A stretch of DNA of 63,691 nucleotides from Octopus bimaculoides (Eukaryota): assembly GCF_001194135.2 (NCBI RefSeq), contig NC_068983.1, positions 145,291,258-145,354,948 of the forward strand, in the 5' to 3' direction. The position numbers and the translations under genes are program-made. The notes under the pieces are model-generated. The model saw only the letters and a list, made by a program, of their open reading frames with translations. It was not told the origin of the DNA and searched no databases. Positions 63,038 to 63,691 of the stretch are shown here, in pieces. The first letter of the stretch is position 1. Every line of letters starts with the position of its first letter.

Positions 63038-63691
63038 CATTTAGTTCTTCATTGCAGTCGAGGGTCACCAATTGTAGCGGTTGTTGTAAAGGTGTTGGTT
63101 GCCAGTATTGCAAGACGGAAGAAGAACAGTGATTGAAGTTGTTAAGAAATGTTTATTTACCGTTACTTTGTATAATGCCATGCCTCGACGGGCAGATGTT
63201 TGTATCATATGAAAACAATAGAGTTATCTTTTCTTGGATGTTGTTGCTGGTTGTGTTTGGTCAACTGCTGGCTGCCTAACTAGAAATTAGATAGAGTTAA
63301 TGTCAAGTGGTGCCTAACATTTAAACAGCAGTGGTGTTCTGATAAGACACTGTATCATAGTTGACATTCTCACTGTAAGCCTTCTCTCAGTCGCCTCTGT
63401 GACAACTACTTTTTGCCAAGTCACTTTTTCCTACGGTGTTTTAGCATTTATAATCATCCAAACTAGTTTGAAGGAGAGACATTTTGTTGAGAACAATGAA
63501 TTTCGTTGGCGGTCTGTTATCTCTATTCTAGCTTTTGGTGGCCTAGAAGAGGTTAGAAGGGTCAAGTGGCAAAGACATTATTCTGCTTAGCGAAGGCATC
63601 TGGCGAATGTAACTCCTCTCACTCACAGAAAAAAACTATTGTTTTACCATGAGAAAAGTGCTGTTGTATTGTTAAGTGAAATTTGGCTATT

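Noticed and set aside
1640-63590. Most ORFs in the supplied six-frame track
   Set aside because: They span N-gaps or (TA)/(CA)/(GA) microsatellites, or are pieces of SINE/LINE copies. Only those overlapping SERINC exons or LINE remnants are informative.
1-63691. CRISPR arrays, operons, intact tRNA/rRNA genes, intact transposase or RT ORFs
   Set aside because: None seen. The DNA is eukaryotic, tRNA-like segments are SINE heads, and all mobile-element ORFs carry stops or frameshifts.

Overview
AT-rich, microsatellite- and SINE/LINE-dense eukaryotic genomic DNA with scaffold gaps. Repeat style and intron sizes suggest an octopus/coleoid cephalopod; this is inference. One complete protein-coding gene lies on the minus strand: a serine incorporator (SERINC/TMS1 family) with 12 core coding exons between 55614 and 7800. 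By manual assembly every junction is GT-AG and in phase, giving 1362 nt (453 aa plus stop). The rest is intron or intergenic DNA filled with RTE-clade LINE fragments, tRNA-derived SINEs, a CRE-like RLE retrotransposon fragment and TIR elements carrying telomeric repeats. The most interesting signal is in the 15-kb intron 10, which interrupts the large cytoplasmic loop. It holds three candidate in-frame phase-1/1 microexons (21, 24/30 and 27 nt). One has a UGC motif at its acceptor. Another lies downstream of a 21-bp hairpin with a perfect TACTAAC in its loop and two A-C mismatches. Certain microexon combinations would create stop codons at the junction. None of the microexons is supported by transcript data here. 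Most entries in the supplied ORF track are spurious or repeat-derived.
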